Assembly (NCBI RefSeq): GCF_009914755.1
Contig: NC_060939.1
Length of the DNA: 64,000 nucleotides
From: the human T2T-CHM13v2.0 reference genome, Homo sapiens
Reading direction: 5' to 3' (one strand)
Shown: piece by piece, positions 21,748 to 39,983 of the stretch
Layout: every line of letters starts with the position of its first letter
Position numbering within the stretch: the stretch's first letter is position 1
Translations under genes and position numbers: made by a program
Notes under the pieces: model-generated
What the model saw: the letters and a program-made list of their open reading frames with translations, nothing else
What the model was told of the DNA's origin: nothing
Database searches by the model: none

Positions 21748-21914
21748 CTGCCAGACTCCGTCAGAACTATCAAAGCTGCTGCTAAACACTTATAAGAAGC
21801 CTCCACGCTGCCCATGGCCATGGCTTCCATGAGGTCTGTGGAGTGACTTGAGGCTCGCACAAGTTCTTCAAACAGCTTGCGGTGGAACATGGCTGCCTCA
21901 GCCTCACGAGCTAT
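21748..21914 (-). CDS. PKM: PKM exon 9 (M1-specific, mutually exclusive, 167 nt)
   Basis: [55 protein letters not shown]; ttacag|ATAG...GGCAG|gtaggg. Confidence 0.98.
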
Positions 21915-23825
21915 CTGTAAGGTTTAGGGGAAGAGGGGGCAAGGAAGAGGGAAGGAGGAGGAAAAAAACGAGACACAACACATGGGAAGACAGAATGGGG
22001 AATTTATCAGAGAGGAAGGTAACCTTAGGTTAATTGGCTAAATCTGTCCTTCAGGCAGATGCAGAGGTAGGGTGATGAAAGTCCAACTGCTTCAGGAGGT
22101 GCTGCCACTTCCCCTCCAATACAGGGGAAATTGGCTCTTCCCTTCTGGAAGGATTTTTTCATTGGGGGTGGAGGGAGACAATCTGGCAGTAGGCTCTAGC
22201 ACCCTGGCATGAAAACATGCCCAGGCTGGGCCCAGGCCACTCCCTGGCAGAGGACTTGACCACGCTGCCTCATGACATAGCTTACAGGAAGGAACAGGCC
22301 CTCCCTCCTCACATGGCTGGTTGATTAGGCAGGCTCCTGCCCAGCCTCCATGCATGCATGGAGTGAGCGCTCACTTGGCTTCAGGCACGGGGATGCACTG
22401 AGCCTTTCCAATGGCCTGCCATGGCAACAGATTGAGCAGCGCTGGAAAGCTGGGATCAAAGCCAAAGCAAGGCAGCTCAACTGAGTTTGAAGCAGGAGAA
22501 CAGAAAACGTGGGCTAACTTGTGAGAGGCACACTGAACAGCCATGTGAAGAGACAGATGCCTGTGGAAGCATGCAGATATATTTAATAAGACACTTGATT
22601 AAAATCTAATAATTAAAACAGTCATGAGAAAGCCACTGAGTTATTTATAGATCACTTGCTCAGATAAGACCAAGAATCAGAAAGACAATGTAAGCTTTAG
22701 AGGATTATAATGCAATCACCAGCATCTCAGTAAATGATGGGTGAGGGAAGAATCGGTAATACCCCCTCATCAATTTCACAGTAGAAGCAGATGTGTGGCA
22801 GGATGTACTAGGTTAAAGGTATTCTTTCTGTAAGAACGGAATGCATGCAGCCCAGAGGACAGGGGACATGAACAGGAAACAGAGCCATACCTGGTACTGC
22901 TCTTAGTTATGGGTCATAAACTGCATCAGTTAGACACAGGAGAAAGCAGTGAACAGTTAATGGAAGGAACTGTTGGCCAGTGTTAACTGGTGACACAGAA
23001 AGGAAAGGTCTAGCCACCTGGAGGGGCAGCTACAGCCTAGCCCAGACCTGTAACTTATCTTCTGAGCAGTGCCATGCAATCCAAACCTTGCAGCCCTAAA
23101 GTATCTATCTGTTCATAGGAAACACCAGGGTATGGAAGAAAGGATATGGAATTTAGACCCTGAGCCTGAATCTTAGTCTCTGACCCCACTGACAGGCTCC
23201 AAATGGAGACCTGTTCTCATCTCCTGCTAGACAGAGCATGATGTTGCAGGAGAGAAGACTGGCTTTGGAGGCAGTAGACCTAGATTCAAACCCAGGCTTT
23301 ATTGGCCATATAACCCTCATCTATAAATGGAGGTAATGGGAGTTAGGAAGATTACATCCATGTACACAGAGACTTATCAGACACTTAATAATAACAGCAA
23401 TGAATATTTAATGCTAAGGCTATAATTAAACATATCTAATCCATTTTACAGATGAGGTCTTAAGAGGTTAAATGACTTGCCCAAAGACACATTCAAGTCC
23501 CCACATTCTATGCAGTGATTTCATGGTTCAGTATATCTAAGTCAAGATCAGCCTCTGTTCCTCCTTTGAGACCATGAAGTCACACGATTAAGTAGGGAAA
23601 TTAGAGAGAGGGGATGTGTGGAGAGACCCAGAAAGGCAGCCACTTTAGTGGTGACTGGTTCAAGGTGCACCGTCTCCTGGGACACCTTCCTACCATGGTG
23701 GCAATTGTGAGACTGCGCCAAGAGTATCTAAGCATCAGAACAGCAATCACATCACACGAATGGTGAGGTGTCAGCCAGGCCCAGTCTACATTAAGTGGGC
23801 CTGGGAGAGAAATCACTCTCTACCG

Positions 23826-24144
23826 ATTTTTTTGTTTTTTTTTTTATGTTTGTTTGGTTTCTTTTTTGAGACAGGGTGTCACTTTGTCACCTAGGCTGGT
23901 ACCATCTTGGCTCACTGCAACCTCAACCTCCTGGGTTCAAGCGATCCTGCTGCCCCAGCACCACCCCCTCTCCAAGTAGCTGGGACTACAGAAGTGCATC
24001 ACCATGCCCAGCTAGCTAACTTGAATTTTTAGTAGAGACAGGGTTTCACCAGGTTGCCCAGGCTGGTCTTCTGAGCTCAAGCAATCCACCTACCTTGGCC
24101 TCCCAAAGTACTGAGATTACAGGTGTGAGCCACCATCCCTGGCC
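23826..24144 (-). mobile_element. Alu (AluJ-like) in PKM intron 8
   Basis: Diverged antisense Alu. Confidence 0.9.
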
Positions 24145-25452
24145 TCTACCAATTTAAATATGGGGAAACCCACTAAGGATGCTGATGACAGACAGTCCGG
24201 AAAATATCCTTAGTCAAGTGTGAACTCAGTTCGCTACTGAAAGAGCATTTAATAGAAATGACATCTCTTCTCTGAAAGCTGTTTAAGCCCAGTAACAGGA
24301 TACATAGTGAAAAAGGAAAGGAAGATGCCCAGACCAGATGGGTGTTTTAGTTTTTTTTTTTTTTTTTTTTTCTGTTTTTTCTGGTGGCAGGGGGTGGCGT
24401 TTTAAACTTGGGGGCTTGGAGGGGCTGAGGTCAAAGGGCAGCGGGTCTTTCACTGGCTAGAAAGGGAATAGAAAGGCTGAAGGAAAACCATATCTGGATA
24501 AAGTTTAAGTTCACTGAGCATGACCTAAGACTACTGGGAGAAAGTTAATTTCCAGCACTCATTTTACCAAACCTATGTAACCCTGATCAGGGATCCCTGA
24601 GTTAGCTCCAGAGCTGGAACAGACAGGGCAAAGGGACTGAGCCTCCAACCCTGAGCAGTGGCCAGGCACTCGACATGACAAGCTGGAAGAGCCTGAAGAA
24701 CGAGCTCTCAGAGGAGAAAGAAGGGAAAGAGCCTCCACGACTCCTCCAGACGCTCAGTCCAGGGCCGCCAGGGTCAGCCACCCTCCCCGCTGTCTCTATC
24801 TGTGGCCCTGCCACCAGTCACTCAACCCGACTTTTTGGTCTAGAGTAAGAGCAGCAGCTGTACCCCAATGGCACAGCAAAGCAAATCCCCCTACAGGCAC
24901 CATGCAAGGCCAGCACAGGCAGCTCAGTGAAGGCAACAGACTCCAGTGCAGGTCCACAAGGGCCCCCTGCGGGAGTGCCTGTCTGCAGGATGCGGGGCAG
25001 AGGGAACTGAATTGGAAGCCAAAGGAAGAGGGCAGCTGGGAGCAGGAGCCCCTAGCCCTTTTCAGAATAGGGCAAAGGTACTCAGAACTTCTGACTCTGA
25101 GGAAGAGGTACAAGACCTCCTTTCACTGCAGAAGTATCCCAGGACTTAAGCCATGGGAAGAATTCACAACCTTGAAGTCAGAAGTGAAATAAACTGTGTG
25201 GTGTCCAATGAAGGAGGATGCCTCCAGAGCAGAAGGAAATGGAGGGGTGGGGGTGTGGGCAGGAATGCAGAACAGGAGAAAAAAAAAAGCCACCTCCACT
25301 TCCACCCCCACCCTCTTGCTGCTGTAACTTGGAGGATAATGAAAGGCTGTGCATAAGAGGATGGAGAAACCTAAAAAGCTCTGCACCAGAGCTTGCATCC
25401 ATCCCAGGCCCAGTCCGAAGCCCTGGGGGATGGGGCAGGCCCCAGAACTCAC

Positions 25453-25605
25453 CAGGTGCTGCATGCGCACAGCCTCCAGAGGATAGTCCCCTTTGGCTGT
25501 TTCTCCAGACAGCATGATGCAGTCGGCTCCATCCAGGACTGCATTGGCCACATCACTGCCTTCAGCCCGAGTGGGGCGGGGCTTCTTGATCATGCTCTCC
25601 AGCAT
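25453..25605 (-). CDS. PKM: PKM exon 8 (153 nt)
   Basis: [51 protein letters not shown]; donor CTG|gtgagt. Confidence 0.98.
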
Positions 25606-25626
25606 CTGGGAGGGGACAGAGCATTA

Positions 25627-26169
<543 letters not shown>

Positions 26170-27345
26170 TTAGGCCCCCAGAGTGGGCCAACAATTCTGC
26201 CTGCTGGGCTTCAACACCAATATGGATGCTTCATTGACGGAAGAAAGGGGAGAGGGCAAATCCAAATGGGCTCATTCCCAAGGTCTCCTCTCCAAATCCC
26301 ATGCATGTTAGGGGTCTCTCTAGGGCCTCCATTTTCCAATCAGCACTTCAAGACAGGGAACCTGAGGCCTGATGACTGCTTCCACCACAAAGACCCATGG
26401 CCTCATCTAGTCAAGGACACTTGAGGACTGCCCTTTGAGGTGGCCCACTCCAACCTGCTGAAGGCAAGAGGGAATGTGGCTTTGCCTGGCCTAGGGCCAA
26501 GTTCAGCTAGCCTATGGCTTATCAGGATGGCAAAGGGGAGGACCCCAAATTGCCTGGTACAGAGGATATCTACACAAAGCTCAGACAGTAAGGCCACTAC
26601 AGTGGGTGCACAGGGTTGCTCCCCCACCCTCCCCAAACACACTTCTAATCCACAAGAGTGTGTCTAGCATCTTAGTTGTGCTGAGTTGTATTCCTAGCAG
26701 GATGCCAAAAATGGTGGCCATGCCCACTGGGCTCTACTTTGTGAGCATTGGGGAGGGGGTAAGCTAAGTTGGGGCAATCTGAAACTGGAGAAGAACCACA
26801 CATCTTCCTCTGAGAGTGGAATGGACCATACCAGAGTTAGCATGATCACTGAGCCAGCTGCATTCTAAGTGAAGACCAGGAGGCCATAAGCTTTAACATG
26901 GACACCAGGCCCTGAAATTCCACATGGCTCCCCAGGAAGGGCCAAAAAGAGCCCTTTCTTAAGTGTCTGCTGTCATCTTTCCCCCTGGTCCCCCCATTCC
27001 AGCAAACACTGGTAGTGTTTCTGATCAGGAACAGAACATCATGGCCCCTGGTCCTGTGAGCAGTGACCCTGTTCTCTCAAATGTTGGTCCCCAGGCCCAG
27101 GGAACAATGTCAAGCTGCCAGCATCTCAATTACCTGGGAAGCTTTTTTTTAAAAAAAACAAAAAAACAAAAACAAAAAAACATAATGCCTTCTACTCTCC
27201 TAAGATATTCTGATTCAGCAGGTTTGGAACTGGCTTGGGAGTCTACATTCTGATGGGCTAGGGGCTGGGAATCAGACATTCACAGGATGGACCATGCCCT
27301 TCGGAGAGCTGCGCTGGGACTGGAGCAGGGACAACGGGGACTTGC

Positions 27346-27616
27346 CTCCGAACCCCCTCATGATTCTCGATTTTGCTGATAATCTTGATGTTCTTTCCCT
27401 TCTCTCCCAGGACCTTCCTAACTTCATGGACATCAGATGCCTTGCGGATGAATGACGCAAACACCATATCAACATCCTGCTCGACCCCAAACTTCAGATC
27501 CTGGATGTCCTTCTCCGACACAGCAGGCAAGTCCACAGCAGCCCCAGGAAGGTTCACACCCTTCTTGCTGCCCAAGGAGCCACCATTTTCCACCTCCGTC
27601 ACCAGGAAGTCGGCAC
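27346..27616 (-). CDS. PKM: PKM exon 6 (271 nt), followed by a GC donor
   Basis: [25 protein letters not shown]...[13 protein letters not shown]; donor CGGAG|gcaagt. Confidence 0.97.
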
Positions 27617-27845
27617 CTGTATGAAAAAGGGTAAGTAGGGGAGGCAGAGCACGAGGGCACAGGTCAACAGGAAGCAGGCACCTTTCCCGCAAGGACAGTG
27701 AGCTGGGAAGTGGTGCATTATGGGTGCTGGAGCTGTTTTACCAGAGTTGAAAACCTACTACACTGTGTAATCCTGGGCAAGCCATTTAACCTCTCTGTAC
27801 CTCACTTTCCTCACCCATAAATAAGGATAATTAAGACTGTTCTGA

Positions 27846-28110
27846 CTTTGGGAGGCCAAGGCAGGCAGATCACCTGAGGTCAGGAGTTTGAGACCAGCCT
27901 GGCCAACATGGCAAAACGCCATCTCTACTAAAAATACAAAAAAATTAGCCGGGTGTGGTGGCGGGTGCCTGTAATCCCAGCTACTCAGGAGGCTGAGGTA
28001 GGAGAATAGCTAGAACTCTGGAGGCAGAGGTTGCAGTGAGCCAAGATCATGCCACTGCACTCCAGCCTGGGCAACAGAGCGAGACTCTGTCTTGAAAACA
28101 AAACAAAACA
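27846..28110 (+). mobile_element. Alu (5'-truncated) in PKM intron 5
   Basis: Alu consensus starting at actttgggaggcc. Confidence 0.9.
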
Positions 28111-28116
28111 CAGCGA

Positions 28117-28121
<5 letters not shown>

Positions 28122-28161
<40 letters not shown>
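28122..28161. repeat. (AT)20 microsatellite
   Basis: Perfect AT dinucleotide run after the Alu tail. Confidence 0.95.
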
Positions 28162-28167
<6 letters not shown>

Positions 28168-28371
28168 TCCTGTGTTCTCCAGAACCAGAAGAATGTAACT
28201 ATGCTGGATTAAAGCCTATCTTTGAGGATAAATGAGTTATAAAAGGGATTCCTGAGAACACACAGACTCAATCTCACTGCCAGGCAACCAACCTTCCCAT
28301 CTTCCTTGTGTCAAGGAAGTTTAGAGACAAAAGACTGTTTTAGACAACTGGACTCCAGCTCCCATACGTAC

Positions 28372-28558
28372 CTTTCTGCTTCACCTGGAGAGAAATAAGC
28401 CCATCATCCACGTAGATCTTGCTGCCCACTTCCACCACCTTGCAGATGTTCTTGTAGTCCAGCCACAGGATGTTCTCGTCACACTTTTCCATGTAGGCGT
28501 TATCCAGCGTGATTTTGAGAGTGGCTCCCTTCTTCAGCTCCACCTCTGCAGTGCCGCT
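28372..28558 (-). CDS. PKM: PKM exon 5 (187 nt)
   Basis: SGTAEVELKKGATLKITLDNAYMEKCDENILWLDYKNICKVVEVGSKIYVDDGLISLQVKQK; ag/gt flanks. Confidence 0.98.
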
Positions 28559-29044
28559 CTAGGGACAAGAGAGTAAGCAAGAGTCCAAACTGGAGACACC
28601 AGTAGCAGCATCACCTCAGAAGGAATGGAAAAGCTCTTTCCTCCCGGGAACAATGCTCAAGTCACTGCTAAAAGTAATACAGTTTTTTGCTCTTATTCTC
28701 TAACTCTGTATACTTCACGGAAATAATCCAAGAAAAGAATATGTTTCAGTTATGCTACTTAATGATGGGGAAAAAGATACAAAGAGATGGTTCTCCAAGT
28801 TAGAAAGCCTAAAGTTTAGGTTTTTAGGGTAAAAAAAAAGGTTCCTTTGTGGTACCATTTCCTAGCAAAGTAGATCAAATCAACATTGTTTACAGTGATG
28901 AATAAATCCTCATTTGTAGACCTCAACTCCTCTGCAGTCCTTCATAGTACTGGGAAGAAACATGGCAACCCAGCGCTTTGGAGGACATGTCTCTGGGGCA
29001 TATTGCCTACTGAGCCTTCCCCTCGCTCTCCGCAGAATACTCAC

Positions 29045-29176
29045 GCCCTTGATGAGCCCAGTTCGGATCTCAGGTCCTTTAGTGTCTAGAGCCACAGCAA
29101 CGGGCCGGTAGAGGATGGGGTCAGAAGCAAAGCTTTCCGTGGCTGTGCGCACATTCTTGATGGTCTCCGCATGGTA
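29045..29176 (-). CDS. PKM: PKM exon 4 (132 nt)
   Basis: [44 protein letters not shown]; ag/gt flanks. Confidence 0.98.
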
Positions 29177-29764
29177 CTGGGGGAAAAGAAGGAAGATGAC
29201 AAGCGTGCTCCCACACTAGAATCCAGCTCCAATTCCCCTGCCCAGGAGCCAAAGCTGATCACTCAGGAAAGGCCCGTGGATGTCTTAGAGCTCTATCTCC
29301 ATCCTCAGCACGATCCATGCACTGAGAAATCCTCTACCTGCTTAATCCAACCTCCTCAGCCTCCACCCACTTCTACTACAGCACTAATTCACCCAAAGGG
29401 CAAATCTTTGAAATGTAGGTGGCAAATTTCAGAATATTGCCACCAAAACCCATTAAGGTATGGGTGCAAACATGTCTCATCATAAAAGCAGCTGTGTCCC
29501 CAGGGCTGTTCTTTTTTCCCTAAGACTCATCAAATACCCTCAGCATATAAAGCTCATAAACAGGGCAAAAAGCCTAGGACTTGTGTTTGGATAAGGCTGG
29601 TCTGGCAATCAATGTCACATTCTGATATATGTGGTAATGCTGAGAGCTTTTCCTCTATTGATTCCAACTACAACGCAAACTTGAAGTTATTGACTTAAGC
29701 TAACAGTGGCCCAAGCTAAATAACTCATTGCTAAGGTCACACAGACCTGATTTTCTCAATCGCT

Positions 29765-35340
<5,576 letters not shown>

Positions 35341-36107
35341 AGTCATGGTACCTCAGGGAACCCCAAGCTCCTCAGAATGGGTTAATTCTAAATCTGGCAA
35401 TGGAGGCAGGAATGGAGCCATCCCAACAGCTGCTACCTGGCTCCTGGGCAAGGCCTCTGTCCATAGGTAAAGCCAGCTAATAAAGAGCCCAGCATAAATA
35501 CAGTCCTACTAGGCTCCTGGGGAAGAGTGCTAACTGGTGTTATTTTAATGTACCAGAACCCCTGGGAAGGCACAGGCTGAGAATACAGTGCTGAGGAAGT
35601 GGGGTATTACACCCCAGATAGTGCTTATGCATTAGGCTCAGTCCCTCAAAACTTAGAATAGTGGAAACCGTTCTCATGGACCTGCCCAGTTATTTTGGTT
35701 CTAAGCTAGAATCAATCTGCTAGATGGTTTACCATGGCAATACAAGGTGAAGCAGAAACCCTGGGACAGGAGAGTCAAGCGCTGTGGCCAGGACACCTAA
35801 GGCTTAGAGGGTTTTCCAGTAGAACCTTTCCATATCTTCCTTTGTAAAAGCTAAGGGTAGGAGAGGTGTGTGGGAGAACCACAGCCAGCAACAAAGGGGG
35901 TCCTTTTTGCTAAAAGAGACTCAGCCAGTTGCTTTGTCAGGACAAGAGGGAAGGAGAGTAGGGATGGGCTAGTAAAGACAAACTTCACACTGACTGTGAA
36001 ACTCAAGACTCATCCTTGTCTAGTCCACTGTGGCTAAACGAACACTGCACCCCCTCCCTGTTTCCTACAGGCCATCACAATGGCCATAGGGTCCAGCCAC
36101 AGCTCAC

Positions 36108-36199
36108 CTCATGAGTTCCATGAGAGAAGTTCAGACGAGCCACATTCATTCCAGACTTAATCATCTCCTTCAACGTCTCCACTGATCGGGAAGCTGGGC
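36108..36199 (-). CDS. PKM: PKM exon 3 (92 nt)
   Basis: [31 protein letters not shown]; aatag|GCCC...GAG|gtgagc. Confidence 0.98.
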
Positions 36200-36639
36200 C
36201 TATTAGGAAAAGTTTTAAAGCCACAAGTATTAATTATTCAAAGAAGGAAAAACATTTAAGTTTGCTTAAGTTTAAAGAATTTTTTTCCCTGAAAACTTTT
36301 CCTCTCCCAAATAGCTCAAAAGTCTTTAAAAAGTGCATGGAAGGCTACTACCGTGCCAGCTTACTTTCTTGATCTACTGGGACACTTCGACCATTTCCTT
36401 CAAGTTCTGCAGGCTCCCACTGTATCAGAAAAGCCTAGGTTAAGACTTGGCCAGCCTTCTCCACCCTCACTGAAACCCAGCCAGATGTCCAACCACAGAA
36501 TCTTGGTAGCACAGAACATGTTAGAAAGATCTTTCCTAGGTCTTTAAGTTGCTCCTACAAAGACCTGCTAAGGAAAACATCTTCTAAATTTTGCCTATAG
36601 CATAAAACCTAAACCATATGGATTCTTTTTGCAACAAAT

Positions 36640-37470
<831 letters not shown>

Positions 37471-37642
37471 TGCACATACTAATTCTTTACTGCAACTTCC
37501 TATGACCTGAGTCCTTTCATAAGAATCTGTGTAGTATCCCATGTAGCACCTAGGTTTGTTAGGACATTTAGTTACTCTTTTCAGGAGAGAAAGGTCACTG
37601 CCCATGAAGCCCTTTTTTGGGGGAAGGGGCACACCCACTCAC

Positions 37643-37796
37643 CAATGGTACAGATGATGCCAGTGTTCCGGGCTGTGATGGGTGGTGAATCAATGTCCAG
37701 GCGGCACATGTGCTCCAGGAATGTGTCAGCCATGGCTGCGTGCAGCTGCTGGGTCTGAATGAAGGCAGTCCCGGCTTCACTATGGGGCTTCGACAT
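37643..37796 (-). CDS. PKM: PKM exon 2 coding part (ATG at 37796; exon starts at 37809 with 13 nt of UTR)
   Basis: MSKPHSEAG...TGIICTI; acceptor cccag|GACCTCAGCAGCCATG; donor ATTG|gtgagt. Confidence 0.99.
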
Positions 37797-38771
37797 GGCT
37801 GCTGAGGTCCTGGGTCGAGACAAATTGAAAGAGAGTGGTAAGACTGAGAAGTGGTTAATATACCATTTAGCACAGAAGGCTGTCTCCTGCTTACACATTA
37901 ACTCAATAAGCACGCTTTGTACACAAGCCACAGGGAAGCCAGACATGATCTGGTTATGTGGGTGCTCCTCATGTTAGAAAAAGGGTTCACCAGATTGTGA
38001 ACAATGGAAAGGACCTTACTGAACAAGTTAAAACCTCCCACCCACTCCACATAGTCCCAAGCACCCACAGTAAGCAGGTCTCTCTTACACTGGGCTGACT
38101 GACATCTACCTAGACAGCTTTCTCACCACCCTATCTATAAATAACATCATTTAACATGCACTGAAGGAGCTTCCAATGAAGGAAGTTGTAACCAATCTTC
38201 CAGTGATACAAACAACTGACTCCTAGCTTAGTGCCTTGATAAGCCTAGATCTCTGCATGTCAAGCTGTCACAAAGCTACAAATAGCTGCTTTGTCGTGGG
38301 GCACCCATATTGCCTCTTTACAATCCTCACCCAAACCCAAAGTCATTCCCCTGAATGCAAAAGCTTCCATCCCAGGAGTCTAAACCTAAAACCACATCTA
38401 CTGTTGGCCAGAAGGATGTCAGGACACGCAAAGCAATTTGCAATTTGCAAAGCAAGGATAACATAAGGGCACTGGTATAATTCTGAAATTATCACAACTA
38501 CATTAACAGGATAGTTGCAAACATAGAGAAATTAAAGTTGCTGGTCAAATCTTTTCCCCAAATGATTTTTGATACACATCCTGATTTCTTTTCTAAGCCT
38601 GACAAGTATACCACCACTCTGTAACACAGACCATCAGTTCCAGGTAATTAACTAGCCCAGGTCACAACCCTGACAATGGCCCCAACCTTTGCTTTCTTCA
38701 TTAATGACTTACAACTAAACTCACTCAGCCTGTTAGTTAGCTGATTAGAGACAAAAACTCAGGAGAAGCTT

Positions 38772-38859
38772 CCAGGCAGTGTTTGAATAACTATCAGGTA
38801 AGGATGTGAACCAGACCAGGCAGTGTTTGAAGAACTATCAGGTAAGGATGTGAACCAGA
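38772..38859. repeat. 44-bp tandem duplication (2 copies, 1 mismatch)
   Basis: ccaggcagtgtttgaa(t/g)aactatcaggtaaggatgtgaaccaga x2. Confidence 0.95.
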
Positions 38860-39866
38860 AGCTTGCTACACGTCTCATCAGAAAGCTGTTTCCTTGAGTT
38901 CTCAGACCAAGGGCTACTCTTTCTAAAACGCTTGAGCCTAAATGCTTCGGCCAAGCAAGGCTCAGGAACAAGCTCCTCTTTAGCCCTTCCCCACCTCATC
39001 CTAAATCTCAAAGTTCCAAATCAAGGCATCTCACACATATGACCCTTACTCCTTTACCCTGTTCCATCTCTGACTTTGTGGGCTCTCTGGGTGGCTCGAG
39101 TAGAGTATACATCTAAATCCATCTCTGCCATCTCCAAAGAAGGCCCGCTGAGGTCCAAGGAGCTCTGAAGGCAGTAGTGAACAGTCTGTTGGCTATGGAA
39201 AACTGATGGCCACAAGTCCTCAACCACAGATTCTAAAACTTTTAAAATGGGGAAATAAGATACCGGCTAACGGTTCAACATGGCAAATGCACTCTTCATT
39301 TCGATGTGTATTTCCTAAGCCCCTAATATCTACTACGTACCAAAATGAAAAAATCAATCCTCCCTTCCAGGACCTATATGGTTTTGTATCTCCTAGCACC
39401 TAGTATGTGGAAGCATTCCAGTGTTTGTTAAATGACCTTTCAGTCTCTCTGAATGCCTCTTTGTCAGAATCAAAGTTATGCCTCTGCTCCCCCTTCCCTA
39501 AATCTGAGGAACTTCTGCATTACTGACAGGAAAGCCTGGGGCCCCTGGTCCCTTTCCCTACACTCATGGTTGAGGGAGGGCTCGCATACCTTCAGAGCTC
39601 CCAGCTGGGCTTAGGGAAGTCTGGCTGTTAAGGGAACATTACTGAGAGATGGCACATCAGGCCAACTGGAACACAAAGGCTTTGCTGTGGCCTCCAATGG
39701 GCCTACAATCTAGGGACTGTATTGTGAACAAAATAAGATCTGAATAAGTGGGTTGGAGTAACTAATTCCACTCTTTTTAAAAACCATCAGCTGGCTCTTC
39801 TTAGACCTGAGATATGAGGGTCTTCCTGTAAAGACCTGGCTGGGGCCACTGAATATCAGGTCATAC

Positions 39867-39983
39867 CTTTGGTTCTCTGGGGTTGGGCTTCCGGTGACAT
39901 AATGCTCCCCTTTTGGCTCAGGGTGGCTCCTTGGCCTCACTAGCAAAGACCGCTCAGAGCTGAATACGGTGTGCCCTGGAGAG
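39867..39983 (-). CDS. PKM: PKM alternative 117-nt cassette exon in intron 1
   Basis: gtgcag|CTCTCCAGGG...CAAAG|gtatga; SPGHTVFSSERSLLVRPRSHPEPKGEHYVTGSPTPENQR; 92+117+13 = 222 nt = 74 extra aa (605-aa form). Confidence 0.75.

Noticed and set aside
38772-38859. CRISPR-like direct repeats
   Set aside because: Two adjacent copies without spacers in human DNA; a simple tandem duplication.
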